A DNA stretch of 63,963 nucleotides, counting the filler, from Octopus bimaculoides (Eukaryota): the NCBI RefSeq assembly GCF_001194135.2. It is 5 parts of 3 records of this genome, joined end to end, with 100 filler letters (N's around TTAATTAATTAA, not from the genome) between each part and the next. Parts side by side here need not be neighbours in the genome. Positions count along the whole stretch, not along the records: positions 15,332 to 24,873 come from NC_068981.1; positions 24,974 to 54,894 come from NC_069005.1; 3 more parts are not named here. One strand, given 5' to 3'. Numbering within the stretch: position 1 is the stretch's first letter; each line of letters starts with the position of its first letter. Shown here piece by piece: positions 24,191 to 38,400 of this stretch. The position numbers were made by a program, and so were the translations under genes. The notes under the pieces are model-generated. The model worked only from the letters and a program-made list of their open reading frames with translations. It ran no database searches and was not told the DNA's origin.

Positions 24191-24873
24191 GCTTTTGCAC
24201 AGCTTCTAACGCTGACGATGTACTACGGTATCAGCTGTTCACTACCAGTGAACTAAGGTAACACCTCTTATTTGTCGAGCACCATCCGGAGTATTCGAGC
24301 GGTTCCAAGCAGAGTTGTTTTCTGCAAGTGCTCCACCATTATTTCAGCCCCTATTTGTGCCATGTACTTCTCAAGGTCTTTACTCACTGTTTCCAGGGCT
24401 CCAACAATTATTGGTACTACTACCACCTTTTTCATCGACGACAACTGCTTAACCTCCCAAGCTAACTTGTCATATCTATCGAATTTTCTTTCTTCCTTAT
24501 CGCATACCTTGTAGTCAGCTGGGCATCCTACATCTATGATCTAATTATTATTATTATTACTATTATTATTATTATTTTATGTTTGACTTTTGTTTTGCAT
24601 TTGTACAAGTTGGATCCAAGTCTCACCCAGTGACCTCAAGAGACAACAAGTTAGAAGTTCATGTAGGTGTTATGCCTAGGGTACCATATATTTGGATTTG
24701 TACAGTTTTGTTCTAGTGAATGTTTAAGAAACCATAAGAAAATTATGTTTGCTTTAAAATTTGAGATCACATAGACAGTATTTTACGTAGGGTATGGGCA
24801 GTTCCAATGAGCACTATCTTTTGAACTTCTGCCATTTTGGGGTTTTCTGGTATCTGAGCTAGGTAGTAATCAG
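24190..24873 (-). mobile_element. Two R4/Dong 3' ends from different subfamilies, each followed by (TAA)n
   Basis: YDKLAWEV...VEHLQKTTLLGTARILRMVLD and EVQKIVLIGTAHTLRKILSM C-termini; (ATT)n arrays at about 24150-24189 and 24545-24577. Confidence 0.85.
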
Positions 24874-25044
24874 NNNNNNNNNNNNNNNNNNNNNNNNNNN
24901 NNNNNNNNNNNNNNNNNTTAATTAATTAANNNNNNNNNNNNNNNNNNNNNNNNNNNNNNNNNNNNNNNNNNNNTATTTAAAAAGAGAAATTTATAATTTT
25001 ACACAGATTACAACAATTCTTTATATATCCGTATAAATAGATGC

Positions 25045-25086
<42 letters not shown>

Positions 25087-26619
25087 GTCTGTCTATTTGC
25101 ATGTACGTATTTATGTATGTATGTACGTATTTATGTATGCCGGGCAAGGAGCTTGGCGAATTTTGTCTGTCACCCGAGGTCGATAAGTACCAGTTGAATA
25201 CACGTGTCGATTTATTTGACTCCCCCTTCCCCAAAATTTCAGACCCTCTGCCTATATTAGAAAGATTACAAGGCAGAATCGTTACCACGCCAAGCACGAT
25301 GCTTGGGGTGGGTAAAATAACCGCCACTTGAGCATTAGGGTTGATGTAACCAACTTAGCCCATCTCCCGAAATTGCTGGCCTTGTGCCAAACTTCGAAAC
25401 CATATTACAGGGAATGTTTTATTGTAACTCTTTTGAGAATTATCTGCCAAACGTTTCTCATTTCACATCGAAATTGTTGTTACAAGAGATTAATTGAGAA
25501 AACGAGAACAGAAACGAGGTACTTATTGCTAAGTGTAGAAAGGCACAACGGTTTAAATACGTGTTGGTGTAGGGAATAAAAAGATAGGAAAACGAGTTTG
25601 AGTGCCATCAAAACACTTGATTTTCGTACTTCATTTACCTTGTAATCTATTCTTTATTTACGCTCTATCTCAGCGAATAAAGAAAGAGGGGTGAAGAAAC
25701 AAAGAGAAAGAGGGGGGAGGGAGAGAACGGAAAGCTATTTGGGAAGAGAGATAGCCGAGAAAGCACAAGAACATAAGGCTTGTGAGAAAGTTCAATAAAT
25801 CGGGATAGGGAATGGTTAGAAGTGAGAGTGATGCGGTAGAGAAGAAACACAGAGAGAAGAGACTCTGAAAGATGAAGAAATAGTCTGAGAGCAGAGGAGG
25901 CATGAGGAAAGCATAGTTTCAAACATTCTATGTTTTATTTGTCTTACTAATATTACTCTATCCTTTAAGGCGACGAGCCCGCCGAATTTGAAATCAGTAT
26001 TAAATTCTTCCTTCTCTGCACCACGAAACTTTTCCTTTTTGAAATAAAGCAAAATATAGTAAAGACCGGAGTAATATGATGAGTTATTGCTCTGTCACCT
26101 ACTGTTGTAAACTAATGATATATGAAGAACATAATCAGTAAAATATACTAAAATATAATCATGTAGAATACTATGTTGTTAATATACTCACTAAAAGCTG
26201 AGATTGTTCAGAACATCTGAATATGACGGTTTCGTAATTATAATAGCAACATAGTAGAACGTTAGGAATCTAGCGGTGTTGTGTTTCAGTAGAAGTAATA
26301 AAAAATATTTCAAACGTTGGAATAAAGAAAATTTTATGTCTCAGAGCATCAGATGTTTTCCACTGTTTGAAATATTAATTATAAAACATATTCCTAAAAG
26401 AAAATTTAACATTAATTTAGACAATTCAGCTGCAAGTAAACGTGTTGTGAAGAATAAGTTACAAATGACGTATCAGCGTATCTGACGTATCAATATATCA
26501 CATAACGGAAACAATTTTATGTACAGAGGTCAAAAAACGGGGAAGGGAAACACGGTACTTATTGCCCACTCACCAATGTAGGCGAGACACACACCCGTGC
26601 CCACTCATCAGTGTAGGCG

Positions 26620-26820
26620 ACACAAGACCGACACAACAGACTTGGCTCTATTGAGACAGATCTTGTGGTATGGGATCAGATTATTCAAATTTGTTCTTGC
26701 TGCACCAGTCGTCCTTTCTCATGTGACTGGTTTGTTTTCTTTGAGGCTTCCGACAATTTTCTTGCAGCATCTTTTGCCTTCTTCATAGCTAATCCAAGAC
26801 TCCTGAGCGTAGATTAAACC
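26620..26820 (-). mobile_element. Probable 3' end of another RLE-type non-LTR element
   Basis: LRSLGLAMKKAKDAARKLSEASKK..RKDDW resembles, from memory, the C-terminus of HERO/NeSL-like ORFs; followed by an imperfect tandem repeat of about 33 nt. Confidence 0.45.
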
Positions 26821-26829
26821 TCGGTTTCA

Positions 26830-27110
26830 AAAATCTATTGGACTCTTTTGCCGAACTGCTATGTTACGTGGACGTAAACACGCCAGCATCAGTTGTGAAC
26901 TGATACTGGTAGAGACAGATTTAGACACAAATGTACACACACATGAAAATTTAAATATATATACGAAGGGCTTCTTTCAGCTTCCGTCAACCAAATCTCC
27001 TCACAAGGCATTGGTCGGCCCTGGGCAATAGGAGAAAATACTTGCCGAACGTGCCACGCAGTGGTTGGGAAGCAAGCTTCTTACAACAGAGCCACGTCTG
27101 CGCCTATATT
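26830..27110 (-). mobile_element. SINE family D with internal microsatellite; other copies at about 7950-8270 (-), 27130-27355 (+), 31405-31720 (-) and 44480-44610 (+)
   Basis: Shared blocks gggcttctttcag.t.ccgtc.accaaat...tcacaaggc.ttggtcggccc and gacgtaaacac.ccagcatc. Confidence 0.8.
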
Positions 27111-27597
27111 TATATGTATACACATATTACATACATTCATGTGTGTTTGTCCGTCTTCAGAGATTGACAAACAACGTAAGACCGTGTACACCCTCGTAAC
27201 TTAGTGACTCCGCAAAAGATGCTGACATGATGAACGAGTAAATGCCAGGCTTAAAACAAAAGAATAGATACTAGGATTGTTTTGCTCGACTAAACCCTGA
27301 CCAAAGCTCACCATCATTGCCGTTGTCCAATGACTGATACAAGTAAAAGAATATTTACAGGTGGTCTATAAATTGCATTTAGCTTGTAAACTATGCAGAT
27401 CATAATTCAGATTTACCTGTAAAAAAATGTAAAATAAGGATAACTCAGCAAATTTTCTCGGAAAACGTTGAGAAACGTAAAAAGTGTTAGTAGAAACATC
27501 AGAGCACTTCCACGTGGATTTCATCGATTGCAGACAAACAATGGAGAGCACGAATTGTGGAAATTCTAGAGGTGATATAAGGATATTCTGCCCAAAG

Positions 27598-27630
<33 letters not shown>

Positions 27631-27698
27631 AAGAGAGAGAGAGAGAGAGAGAGAGAGGAAGATAGAGTGTATATTTGAAGATATAAGTTGACAAATAC

Positions 27699-27751
<53 letters not shown>

Positions 27752-27783
27752 CACATATATACATACAGAGTAAAAAGAGAGAA

Positions 27784-27836
<53 letters not shown>

Positions 27837-29010
27837 GGGAGACGGATGGACAGACAGACAGACAGATAAACAGATAAAGAGATTCGTGGAAGTGTCGGAT
27901 GACCACAAGTAAGACGAACCATCGCATTGGAAATTAAGACGTTTATTTATCTCTACTGGAACAGTACAGCAAGATTCCTTGTATTATTTCCGTGCTTCTA
28001 TATATACAGTACACACACCGAAACACACATATATATATATATATATACCTACATATAAACATACACACATACAAACATATATATATATNNNNNNNNNNNN
28101 NNNNNNNNNNNNNNNNNNNNNNNNNNNNNNNNNNNNNNNNNNNNNNNNNNNNNNNNNNNNNNNNNNNNNNNNNNNNNNNNNNNNNNNNNNNNNNNNNNNN
28201 NNNNNNNNNNNNNNNNNNNNNNNNNNNNNNNNNNNNNNNNNNNNNNNNNNNNNNNNNNNNNNNNNNNNNNNNNNNNNNNNNNNNNNNNNNNNNNNNNNNN
28301 NNNNNNNNNNNNNNNNNNNNNNNNNNNNNNNNNNNNNNNNNNNNNNNNNNNNNNNNNNNNNNNNNNNNNNNNNNNNNNNNNNNNNNNNNNNNNNNNNNNN
28401 NNNNNNNNNNNNNNNNNNNNNNNNNNNNNNNNNNNNNNNNNNNNNNNNNNNNNNNNNNNNNNNNNNNNNNNNNNNNNNNNNNNNNNNNNNNNNNNNNNNN
28501 NNNNNNNNNNNNNNNNNNNNNNNNNNNNNNNNNNNNNNNNNNNNNNNNNNNNNNNNNNNNNNNNNNNNNNNNNNNNNNNNNNNNNNNNNNNNNNNNNNNN
28601 NNNNNNNNNNNNNNNNNNNNNNNNNNNNNNNNNNNNNNNNNNNNNNNNNNNNNNNNNNNNNNNNNNNNNNNNNNNNNNNNNNNNNNNNNNNNNNNNNNNN
28701 NNNNNNNNNNNNNNNNNNNNNNNNNNNNNNNNNNNNNNNNNNNNNNNNNNNNNNNNNNNNNNNNNNNNNNNNNNNNNNNNNNNNNNNNNNNNNNNNNNNN
28801 NNNNNNNNNNNNNNNNNNNNNNNNNNNNNNNNNNNNNNNNNNNNNNNNNNNNNNNNNNNNNNNNNNNNNNNNNNNNNNNNNNNNNNNNNNNNNNNNNNNN
28901 NNNNNNNNNNNNNNNNNNNNNNNNNNNNNNNNNNNNNNNNNNNNNNNNNNNNNNNNNNNNNNNNNNNNNNNNNNNNNNNNNNNNNNNNNNNNNNNNNNNN
29001 NNNNNNNNNN

Positions 29011-29057
<47 letters not shown>

Positions 29058-29059
29058 AA

Positions 29060-29700
29060 ACATGTAATGAAAAGTAATACAACTAACTGCTGAATACGTG
29101 GAGATGGAGAAGAAACAATAAACCATATTCTCTCTTGCAGCCCAGTCCTCGCTAAGAAAGAACATATTCATAGACACGACAGAGTTCGTACCTAAATACA
29201 CTGGAAGCTATGCCAACTCTATGGAATAACAAGAGAAAAGATATGGTTTAGGCACACGCCAGAAACGGTCAGAGAAAATGAGAAAGTAATCATACTCTGG
29301 GATATGCCAATACATACGAACGGAGAAATTAAGCCCAGTAAGCTGGATATATTTGTCAGAGATCATGAAGAAAAAGTGTTTTCTGATTGATGTATCAATA
29401 CCAACAGATGGCAATGTTTCTCTAAAAGAAACGGAGAAACAAAGACCTGAAAATAGAGGTAACTCGAATGTGGAGTGTAAAAAGCGAAACAATTCTTATT
29501 ATATAGGACAAATACAAAGCGAAAACACCAGGATTTACAAGAATATATTACATACAAAAATAGCACTACTAGGCACCGCACACATCCTACTTAAAACGCT
29601 TTCAGTACAATAAAATTGAGAGCATCACTACAAAGCAGAAGACATTCCCAAGGCACACAGAGTGAAAGCACGTGATAAAAATAACACTACTGAATCATAA
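29060..29700 (+). mobile_element. R4/Dong 3' region (CCHC plus RLE) ending in (TGA)n/(TGG)n
   Basis: ETINHILSCSPVLAKKEHIHRHDRV, KCFLIDVSIPTDGNVSLKE and IALLGTAHILLKTLSVQ*. Confidence 0.88.
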
Positions 29701-29709
29701 TGATGATGA

Positions 29710-29743
<34 letters not shown>

Positions 29744-30375
29744 GGTGATGGTGGTAGTGGTGGTGGTGGTGGTGGTGATGGTGGTGGTGGTGGTGGTGGT
29801 AGTGGTTATAAAGAAGTTGAGGGGGAAAAGGATGATATGGTACTAAAGTAGAGGTCATAACGTATATATTAAATAGATGCTAGGATTTGAACTGAAGTAC
29901 ATGGTCTTAAATGGCGTGAGAAGTACGAAGAAAAATATTACTATGTAAGGTAAAGGTACGTAGTAATCATCGAATATTATTATTACACGCATCTCTTTTT
30001 CATTCTTCATTTGTAATTCTAATGGCAACATATACGAAATATAGACAAAATTGTATCATGATCACAAAAACTTCAAGCATTAGTAGAACAATTTCTTTTC
30101 TACAATACCACATTTGTTCGTTCATATGTACGTACAGACATTTCTGCGTTGAAACATATTTACTTATGTATTTTTGTGTCTGTTCGTGAATCTGTGTGTT
30201 TGTATTGACACATATATAGTCACACACACCCGTATATATTCAAGTTTTATATAGATATACATATTTATTTGTAAAGTAGCATACACACGAAAACACATAC
30301 ATGCAAACACACACACCTGCATACACACATACATAAATATATATATATATGCATTTATATACATATATAAATGTT

Positions 30376-30442
<67 letters not shown>

Positions 30443-32330
30443 NNNNNNNNNNNNNNNNNNNNNNNNNNNNNNNNNNNNNNNNNNNNNNNNNNNNNNNNNN
30501 NNNNNNNNNNNNNNNNNNNNNNNNNNNNNNNNNNNNNNNNNNNNNNNNNNNNNNNNNNNNNNNNNNNNNNNNNNNNNNNNNNNNNNNNNNNNNNNNNNNN
30601 NNNNNNNNNNNNNNNNNNNNNNNNNNNNNNNNNNNNNNNNNNNNNNNNNNNNNNNNNNNNNNNNNNNNNNNNNNNNNNNNNNNNNNNNNNNNNNNNNNNN
30701 NNNNNNNNNNNNNNNNNNNNNNNNNNNNNNNNNNNNNNNNNNNNNNNNNNNNNNNNNNNNNNNNNNNNNNNNNNNNNNNNNNNNNNNNNNNNNNNNNNNN
30801 NNNNNNNNNNNNNNNNNNNNNNNNNNNNNNNNNNNNNNNNNNNNNNNNNNNNNNNNNNNNNNNNNNNNNNNNNNNNNNNNNNNNNNNNNNNNNNNNNNNN
30901 NNNNNNNNNNNNNNNNNNNNNNNNNNNNNNNNNNNNNNNNNNNNNNNNNNNNNNNNNNNNNNNNNNNNNNNNNNNNNNNNNNNNNNNNNNNNNNNNNNNN
31001 NNNNNNNNNNNNNNNNNNNNNNNNNNNNNNNNNNNNNNNNNNNNNNNNNNNNNNNNNNNNNNNNNNNNNNNNNNNNNNNNNNNNNNNNNNNNNNNNNNNN
31101 NNNNNNNNNNNNNNNNNNNNNNNNNNNNNNNNNNNNNNNNNNNNNNNNNNNNNNNNNNNNNNNNNNNNNNNNNNNNNNNNNTATATATATATATAAAAGG
31201 ATGCTTATCAAAACGTTATCAATGTAAAATTCCCATACCAGCTGTTCCGATCGAGCCATGGGGCATGAATATCTGGCCTGGGTTTTAGTCTCTTGTTACC
31301 CGAAATATCCCATTAGTAACAGTAATTTCGTAATTGAAATGGATGTATATATATACATATATAAATATGTGTGCGTGTGTGTTTTTTTGTGTACGAGTTA
31401 TTTGTTACTCTTTTACTTGTTTCAGTCAATTGACTGCAGCCATGCTGGAACACATATTCTTTGTAAGCCTAGTACTTATTCTATCGGTCCCTTTTGCCAA
31501 ACCGCTACGTTACAGGGACGTAAACACACCAGCATCGGTAGTCAAGTGATGCTGTGGGGGACAAGCACAGACACAGAAACATATACACACACATACATAT
31601 ACATATATACATATATACGATGGGCTTCTTTCAGTTCCCGTCTACCAAATCCACTCACAAGGCTTTGGTCGGCCCGAGGCTATAGTACAAGTCACTTGCC
31701 CAAGATTCCACGCAGTCGAACATGACCAGAAAATATATGCCGAATTTTCTTGAATATACAGTGAGCTGCCCTAGGGTAAAATCTCAACAAATTAAAATTA
31801 TTTTCCTACACTCTATTTTGACCGATATTCCGATATTGCTATTTTATTTTCATACAGAGTTTGTCCCTACAAAAATTTTCCTCGTCCATAACTCAAGATA
31901 TCTTTGTTGCCAAACCGTAAAGTTGATTTGCTTATTCGTGTTAAAATATTACAACTATGATCTCAATAATGGTATATCTTTTCCTGAAATCAAATGTAAT
32001 CAATTGAAAATATATATATACATTAATGTTGTTATATTCTTTTTATCTTTAATAAAATATCACATATATATATAACGTTTCATTTTACGTTTAATATCAT
32101 ACGTTCGTTTCAAATTACAATCAATTCCAATTATCTACATTATTTTATCCGTATTTCTTTTTATCGTAAAAGAAAATACAATTTTTTTCTATCAGTTCAA
32201 TACTTATTCTTTTCCTAGATTTTTTCTTGAAATTATATAATCAATTAGAAGTATGTACATCAAGTAAGCAATATAACTTTTTTTTTATTTGTTTTTGTTT
32301 CATTCAGCTGAGTGAAAGTTCTTATACATA

Positions 32331-32361
<31 letters not shown>

Positions 32362-32399
32362 GTATATACATACATACATGCATACATATATACATACAT

Positions 32400-32705
32400 C
32401 CTTGCCATCAGGATACAGGACCAGATACTACAACAGCTTGGGCTTCAAAGGCCCACAGCTCTTCAATATTTTTCCACAGACCCTGAGAAACATGCATGGC
32501 GTGGATGTAGGCATTCTCAAAATGAAACTAGATCTCCATCTGTCAAGGGTTCCGGAAGAACCTACCTCTGGGCAAGAAAGACTGATGAGGGTATCAACGT
32601 CAAAATCCCTCGTCCACCAAATGTGACATATCAGAGGAGGTTTAGTGAAAGTGCAGCAAATTAAACGGCAATGCCCTAGCATGGCCGCACTCCTTTGACT
32701 GAAAC
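32400..32705 (+). mobile_element. CR1-like LINE 3' end with 3'UTR
   Basis: YNSLGFKGPQLFNIFPQTLRNMHGVDVGILKMKLDLHLSRVPEEP...SKSLVHQM* followed by a short UTR. Confidence 0.7.
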
Positions 32706-34245
32706 TTAGAATATATATATATATATATANNNNNNNNNNGTTGGTTCCATGATACAAACCTACCCATTTTAAGTGGGGTTTTTTTTTATTAAAGCGTTCC
32801 CACAAAATCCATTCTTGTGTTCGAAACACCATTATGAAGCTTACAACCAAAGACTATCAAAATATGATCAGAGGTTCATGAGGCCGGTTTCCTGGACTCT
32901 GTAGTGTGTATACTCTGTACCTGGATGGGATGCCCGTGCATCGCAAGATTCCTCACCTTTGGCAGATGAGTTCACTGGAGTAACATGAAATGAAGCGTTT
33001 TGCTCACGAAAAAAAACACTTCCTCCGGTTCAGAAATCGAACCCACAATCATACGATTATAAACTCAGCACTCAAAATACTAATCCTCGCGCCTTCACCA
33101 ATATAATAAAACTAAATCAGAATTCTCTAAAATCTACATTTACCATAATGTGATCTTCATAAAAGACTGATTCAACGTTTGTGTCTATTTAATGCTTTTT
33201 GCCATGGTACGTTTTAATTGTTGTGGTTAAGGTTATGAAATAAAAAAAGAATCCTTTGGTAGGAGGGAAACTGCGTTGAATTATTTCTTTCGGTAATTTA
33301 AAGCGCTGTGTTTAATTGTATTCACCGTCAGCTACCCATTTGATCCTGTTGGCGTAGTTAACATTAAGTAACAGTCAAATACTTGGTCGCTGGTGCCCAC
33401 TAAAATGCTCTCCTTAATTTTCTTCACGTTTGCACTAAATTAGAAATTAACCTCATAAATCTCATAGTTTTTTGTAGTATTTCTTCATATTCTTCTCAAT
33501 TCTCATTTTAATTTTATTTGTTCCAATTTTCTTACACATTTCATTCTTCTTATACTATACCTTCTTCATCATCATCCTCTTCATCATCATCATCACCACC
33601 ATCATCGTCTCCTTCTTCTCCTTTTCTTCTTTTTACTTGTTCCTTCTTCCTTATTTTCTTATTCTTTCCCCATTCTCTACATTGTTCTCATCTAGCCCTT
33701 TCTACTCCTTCGTCTTCCTCTTTCTCTCCCTCTTCTGTTTTCTTCTTCTCCTATTCATTCGACTTCTTCTTTCTCTTCCTTTATCTTCTTTTGCTTATTC
33801 TTCTCTTCCATCTTATTCGTCCTTTTGGTTTTTTCCCCAGTTCTCCTCCTTTTTTTCTCTTTTTGCCTTGTCAAACCTTGTTATCATGTCTTCCGTATGA
33901 ACTACATTTAAGTAGAAATGTCTTTATTTTTACGCGAAACACTAACGTAAAAGTACTTTATTTTATTCTTGCAGTTTTTCTTTTTCTTGTTGCTTATTTC
34001 GTTTTTTCTGTGCGGTTGAAGAAAAAACAATTCTTTATGAAAAGAAATTAGTTTCTTCATTTCTGAATTCTCAAAATGGCGTCTTGTAGCGGTATGGTCT
34101 ATAAATCTAGAACTGTAGCAAACACATTTCTAGACACTGCAAATAATGAAAAAACAGTTTGCTTTGAAGAAAATAACGTAAGATTGAAAATGAAGTTACG
34201 ACTTCTCTACGAATATTTACAACAAGAATAGCCTTAGCTACTCGC

Positions 34246-34293
<48 letters not shown>

Positions 34294-35039
34294 GTAGCAA
34301 TATAATTTTCCTTTCTCATCAACACTCGAAGGCTTGCTGGCTCTCCCTGTGTCATAGAGGTCTAGTTATTTAAAAATTCATGTATCGTTTTTCTCTTGCT
34401 GTCTCACTGTCTCAGAATAGTACTAGGAATTTAAATATTCACATCTCTCTGTCTGAGAATAGTACATGGTATTTAAATATTCATATACCCTTTTTCTCTT
34501 TTTCTTGGCCATATGATCGCAGCTTCTGCTAATGGTAAGCAGGAAATTAATGACTCGGTATAATCATTTCTTTACTTGTTTTCCATGTACAATAACAGTA
34601 TAAATCCATTTTTGTTATTTGCTTTCTTTTCCTCAACAAATTTCCTGTGAGAGTTTAAAGTTGTATTGTATTTTACTTATATCTGCTACGTTAAACATGT
34701 GCAGGATTTTCGGCGCTGCCTCCTCTCAATCCCAACCTTATCATCTATGCCGGAAATCTTGATAAGGATTGTAGTAAGGGATAGTGGGGAAATAGTGATG
34801 GTGAGAGTAAAAGTGTCACTGTTAGTACAAATAATGACAGTGGTAGTAGTTGTGGCGAGGATGAGAATATTAATTATTATAACTAGAGTAGTAATAATAT
34901 TGAAAAATAATACTAAGTTAAACGTGCTACACCAAGTAGTAATGGTGAGTTAGCGAGGAGGGAGACCTCAGTTGAATATTTTATAATTGTTTTATTGTGC
35001 TGGTTTAGAGAGAATGTCCGGCGAGCTTCTGGTGTCGGT

Positions 35040-35783
35040 GAGTGTGTGTTGTAATGACATTTAAAAATAAACATACTAATGATCGCTTTGTCGGCGACAA
35101 AACCACACCATTACTCCTCCCTTCCACTTGACACACTTAGGATAGAATTTTCAGTTCTTCCGCGTCGAACATAAGTCTTTCCGTCCGATCCAAATAGGCA
35201 GAAGCGGGATTCGTCGCTCCAAAGAACAACTGACCAGTCTTCAGCCGTCCATTCTACATGGGTTTTAGCAAAATTGATCTGCTTTCGTCTCAGAACTTAA
35301 TGGGTTCTTTCGAGCGATCCGGCCGAACAGTTCAAATTCCTTTAGACGCTTTCAGATAGCTTGTGGTGTAAAGCGGATGTAAGTTTCATCAGAGAATTGG
35401 TTGCAAATGTCCACTGCTGTTAGCATTCTGTTACCTTCAGAGAGCCTATGAATTCCCCGATCCATCCGTACTGTTGTTTTCTGGGAGCTCCCGTTCTTTG
35501 ACGATCTTTGTGGCTTGGTAAAGTGTCTATGCTTGAGCATGGACGCTTGCTGCATCCTAATTGCTTGCTAATGTTTATGATGGACTTATTTTTCTGATGA
35601 AGCAACACGGTCTTTGATCTAGTAACTGGGCTTATACTATAACATTTTCCCGTAGTGAATTAATGTGTAACAATGCCCGATTATTAAACAAAACAGTGCA
35701 ATGCGACCAGCCATATGACCACCCCTTACGTTTATTATTTTGCATAATCTTTGCACGGTCTTAAACGTATTTTGCCGACAGTA
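35040..35783 (-). mobile_element. Tc1-family transposon, decayed 5' half
   Basis: HTH region KNKSIINISKQLGCSK, RTGAPRKTTVRMDR and start of the DDE domain EDWSVVLWSDESRFCLFGSDGKTYVRR; possible TA-flanked left end at about 35781. Confidence 0.85.
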
Positions 35784-36942
35784 TCTAATCCTCTAAATTA
35801 ATTGCGCATTAAAATTATTGGAATTGTAGAAAGATGTATAAAGCCTATATCATTAGAAAAAGGAAACAATTCAACATAAACTGTAAAAATTAATATAATT
35901 TTATACAGTTTTATTTAAAATATATTGATTAAAGAATAGAAGTGTCATCATTGGTCTTATTTTGGACCGTTTATATAGTGTAGCCGTGGATTCTTTGAGC
36001 TTTGATTGGTAACCCTGTGATGGTGTCATTATAAAAACTGCTGGTGATTGCACAACCTTATGAATACTACTTCAGAATGAGTGATGTCACATTCAAGTAA
36101 GAATCATAACTGCGTCAAAGGGACCGGAACTGCTAAAGGTGAAGATGTGGCGCATGGCAAGCAAGAATTGTCTCATCAAGATCCGGCAGGTCGTTATTAA
36201 GTCATTGATGAGGAGCGCAATCGAAATCAAAAGTACAGAAGGATGAAAATGAAATGGGAAAATGAAGGAAATAAGATTGTGATTTTAACATTGGCTGAGA
36301 AGTGTTTCAATTAAAAGAGATTTCATGAAATGAATGAAGAGAATATGCGATGAAAAGAGAGTTTTATAAGCTTCCGCCGAACGATTTATAGACCAGGAAA
36401 TGGCAATTAGTATAAATGACTGGAATACAGTAATAAGAGGCTGGAGAAATTCAGAGAAGAATAAAAGAAATGAACAAGGAGAGTGTGAAACAGCAGTAGC
36501 GGAAAGTGAGCCGAAAATCTAACCACTAATCTACTCGCTTACTCTGGAGTAGAAACATGCATTTGGTAATGTTTGCCTATGCTACACAAGGACGAACAGG
36601 TCCTAGTTTCCAGACCAGCACTCGTCACAGCTAGGGAAATGGCAAAGAAGTTTAGCTTATGTCAGGGTCTAAAATCAAGTAAATGACAGGGGAAGTAGCG
36701 AAATATCTTCATGTTATGCAACACATACGTTTAAATTGATAGGGCTTTTCTACGAATGTGCACAGTACTTGACAGCGCAGTCTTTTGGATTTCTCTGAGA
36801 CATGGTTCTCCTGGGATCTTATTTAGATGTCTCTACTATCCCTTTTTATCATACCTATAGCACCTACAATAATGACGATGATGATGATGATGATGGCGAT
36901 TATTATTATTTTTGGTGTTGTTGTTGTTATTATTATTAATAT

Positions 36943-37057
<115 letters not shown>

Positions 37058-37058
37058 T

Positions 37059-37668
37059 AAGACGTCACACAGTATCCAATATCGTGATGTTGATTGAAGA
37101 TATTGTGTCCACCGGGGATTTGTACTGTCTGTCAAGTCACAACAACAACTTCAGACAGACAGTAGTTTACGCAATATACGTGCAGTTCCAAGTAATGCCG
37201 ATTTTTTCAATACACCTCGCTTGCAGGGTATTCCTAAAGTTTCCTGATGTTTCTTCATGTTGTGTGATAATGAACCCAATGCTCCGATGACAATTATTAT
37301 TATTATTATTATTGTTGTTGTTGTTGTTATCATTATTATTATTATCATATTGTCATTGCACAACTTCTAACGCTGAGGATGTACTACGGTACCACCTGTT
37401 TACTACCAGTGAACTAAGGTAACAACCCTTATTTTTCAAGCACCATCCGGAGTATCCCAGCGGTTCCAAGCAGTGCTGTTATCTGCAAGTGGTCCACATT
37501 TATTGCACATCCCCTATTTGTTCCATGTACTTCTCAAGATTTTTACTCGCTGTTCCCATGGCTCTGAAAATTATTGGTATTACTACCATCTTTTTCAGCG
37601 ACCACAACTGCTTGATCTCCCAAGCTAACCTGTCATAACTACCGACTTTTTCTTTCTTCCTTATTACA

Positions 37669-37716
<48 letters not shown>

Positions 37717-38133
37717 GTTCAGTAGTTTTATTTTTATAATGTGCTTTCACTTCACTACCGAGCGCAGCTCTGTGCGCCTTGGGTATGTGCTGTGGTTTGC
37801 TGTGGTGCTCTTATGTTTACTGTATTGAAAGTGTTTTGCGTAGGATGTGTGCAGTACCCAGTAGTGCAATTTTCTGTATGTTATATATATTTGTAAGTCC
37901 TGGTGTTTTTGTTATGTATTTGTCTCAATATTTTTTTATTATACCTAAGGGGCCTACTATGATAGGAATTGTTTCTGTTTTTAGATTCCACATTCGAGTT
38001 ATCTCTATTTCCAGGTCTTTGTATTTTGAAAGTTTTTCCATTTCTTTTAGAGAAACGTTGTCATCTGCTGGTATTGATACATCAATTAGAAAGCATTTTT
38101 TTTCTTCGTGATCTTTGACAACTATATCTGGTC

Positions 38134-38180
<47 letters not shown>

Positions 38181-38400
38181 TACAAACTCACTGTTTCTTT
38201 TGCTGGATATGATGTAACGTGTCAGGTGTTCAAGGTGACACTTGCTTACTGGTCATGCTTCAAGAACCCTGCGAAGAATTCTTGCTGTTCCAGGCAATGC
38301 TGGGTTTTGTTGGTGTTCGACGTCCACGGTTTCGCCGATCTTTTTCAGCCATGCTGGTAGTTGTCTGCTTTTGATACCACCTCGCATTACCATCTCGTTT
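37059..38400 (-). mobile_element. Stack of four R4/Dong 3' ends separated by (TAA)n arrays
   Basis: Four distinct C-termini: SALLGTARILRKLLSV*, a frameshifted YDRLAWEIKQLWSLKK-type end, IALLGTAHILRKTLSIQ* and PALPGTARILRRVLEA*. Confidence 0.88.

Noticed and set aside
26560-26620. CTGATGAG hammerhead-like core on the minus strand at a retroelement 3' end
   Set aside because: No GAAA partner or closing stems nearby; it is part of an imperfect tandem repeat of about 33 nt.
29628-29858. Poly-His ORF, and poly-Asn, poly-Ile and LS/IY-repeat ORFs elsewhere
   Set aside because: Translations of simple trinucleotide or dinucleotide microsatellites.
27943-31288. Long ORFs of 290-405 aa in the ORF track (also near 22334, 43524, 57781 and 61604)
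   Set aside because: Made of X from N gaps plus (TA)n translations.
33518-33900. 177-aa Ser/Phe/Leu-rich ORF
   Set aside because: Pyrimidine-rich low-complexity (TCT/TCC/CAT) tract with no splice or homology support.
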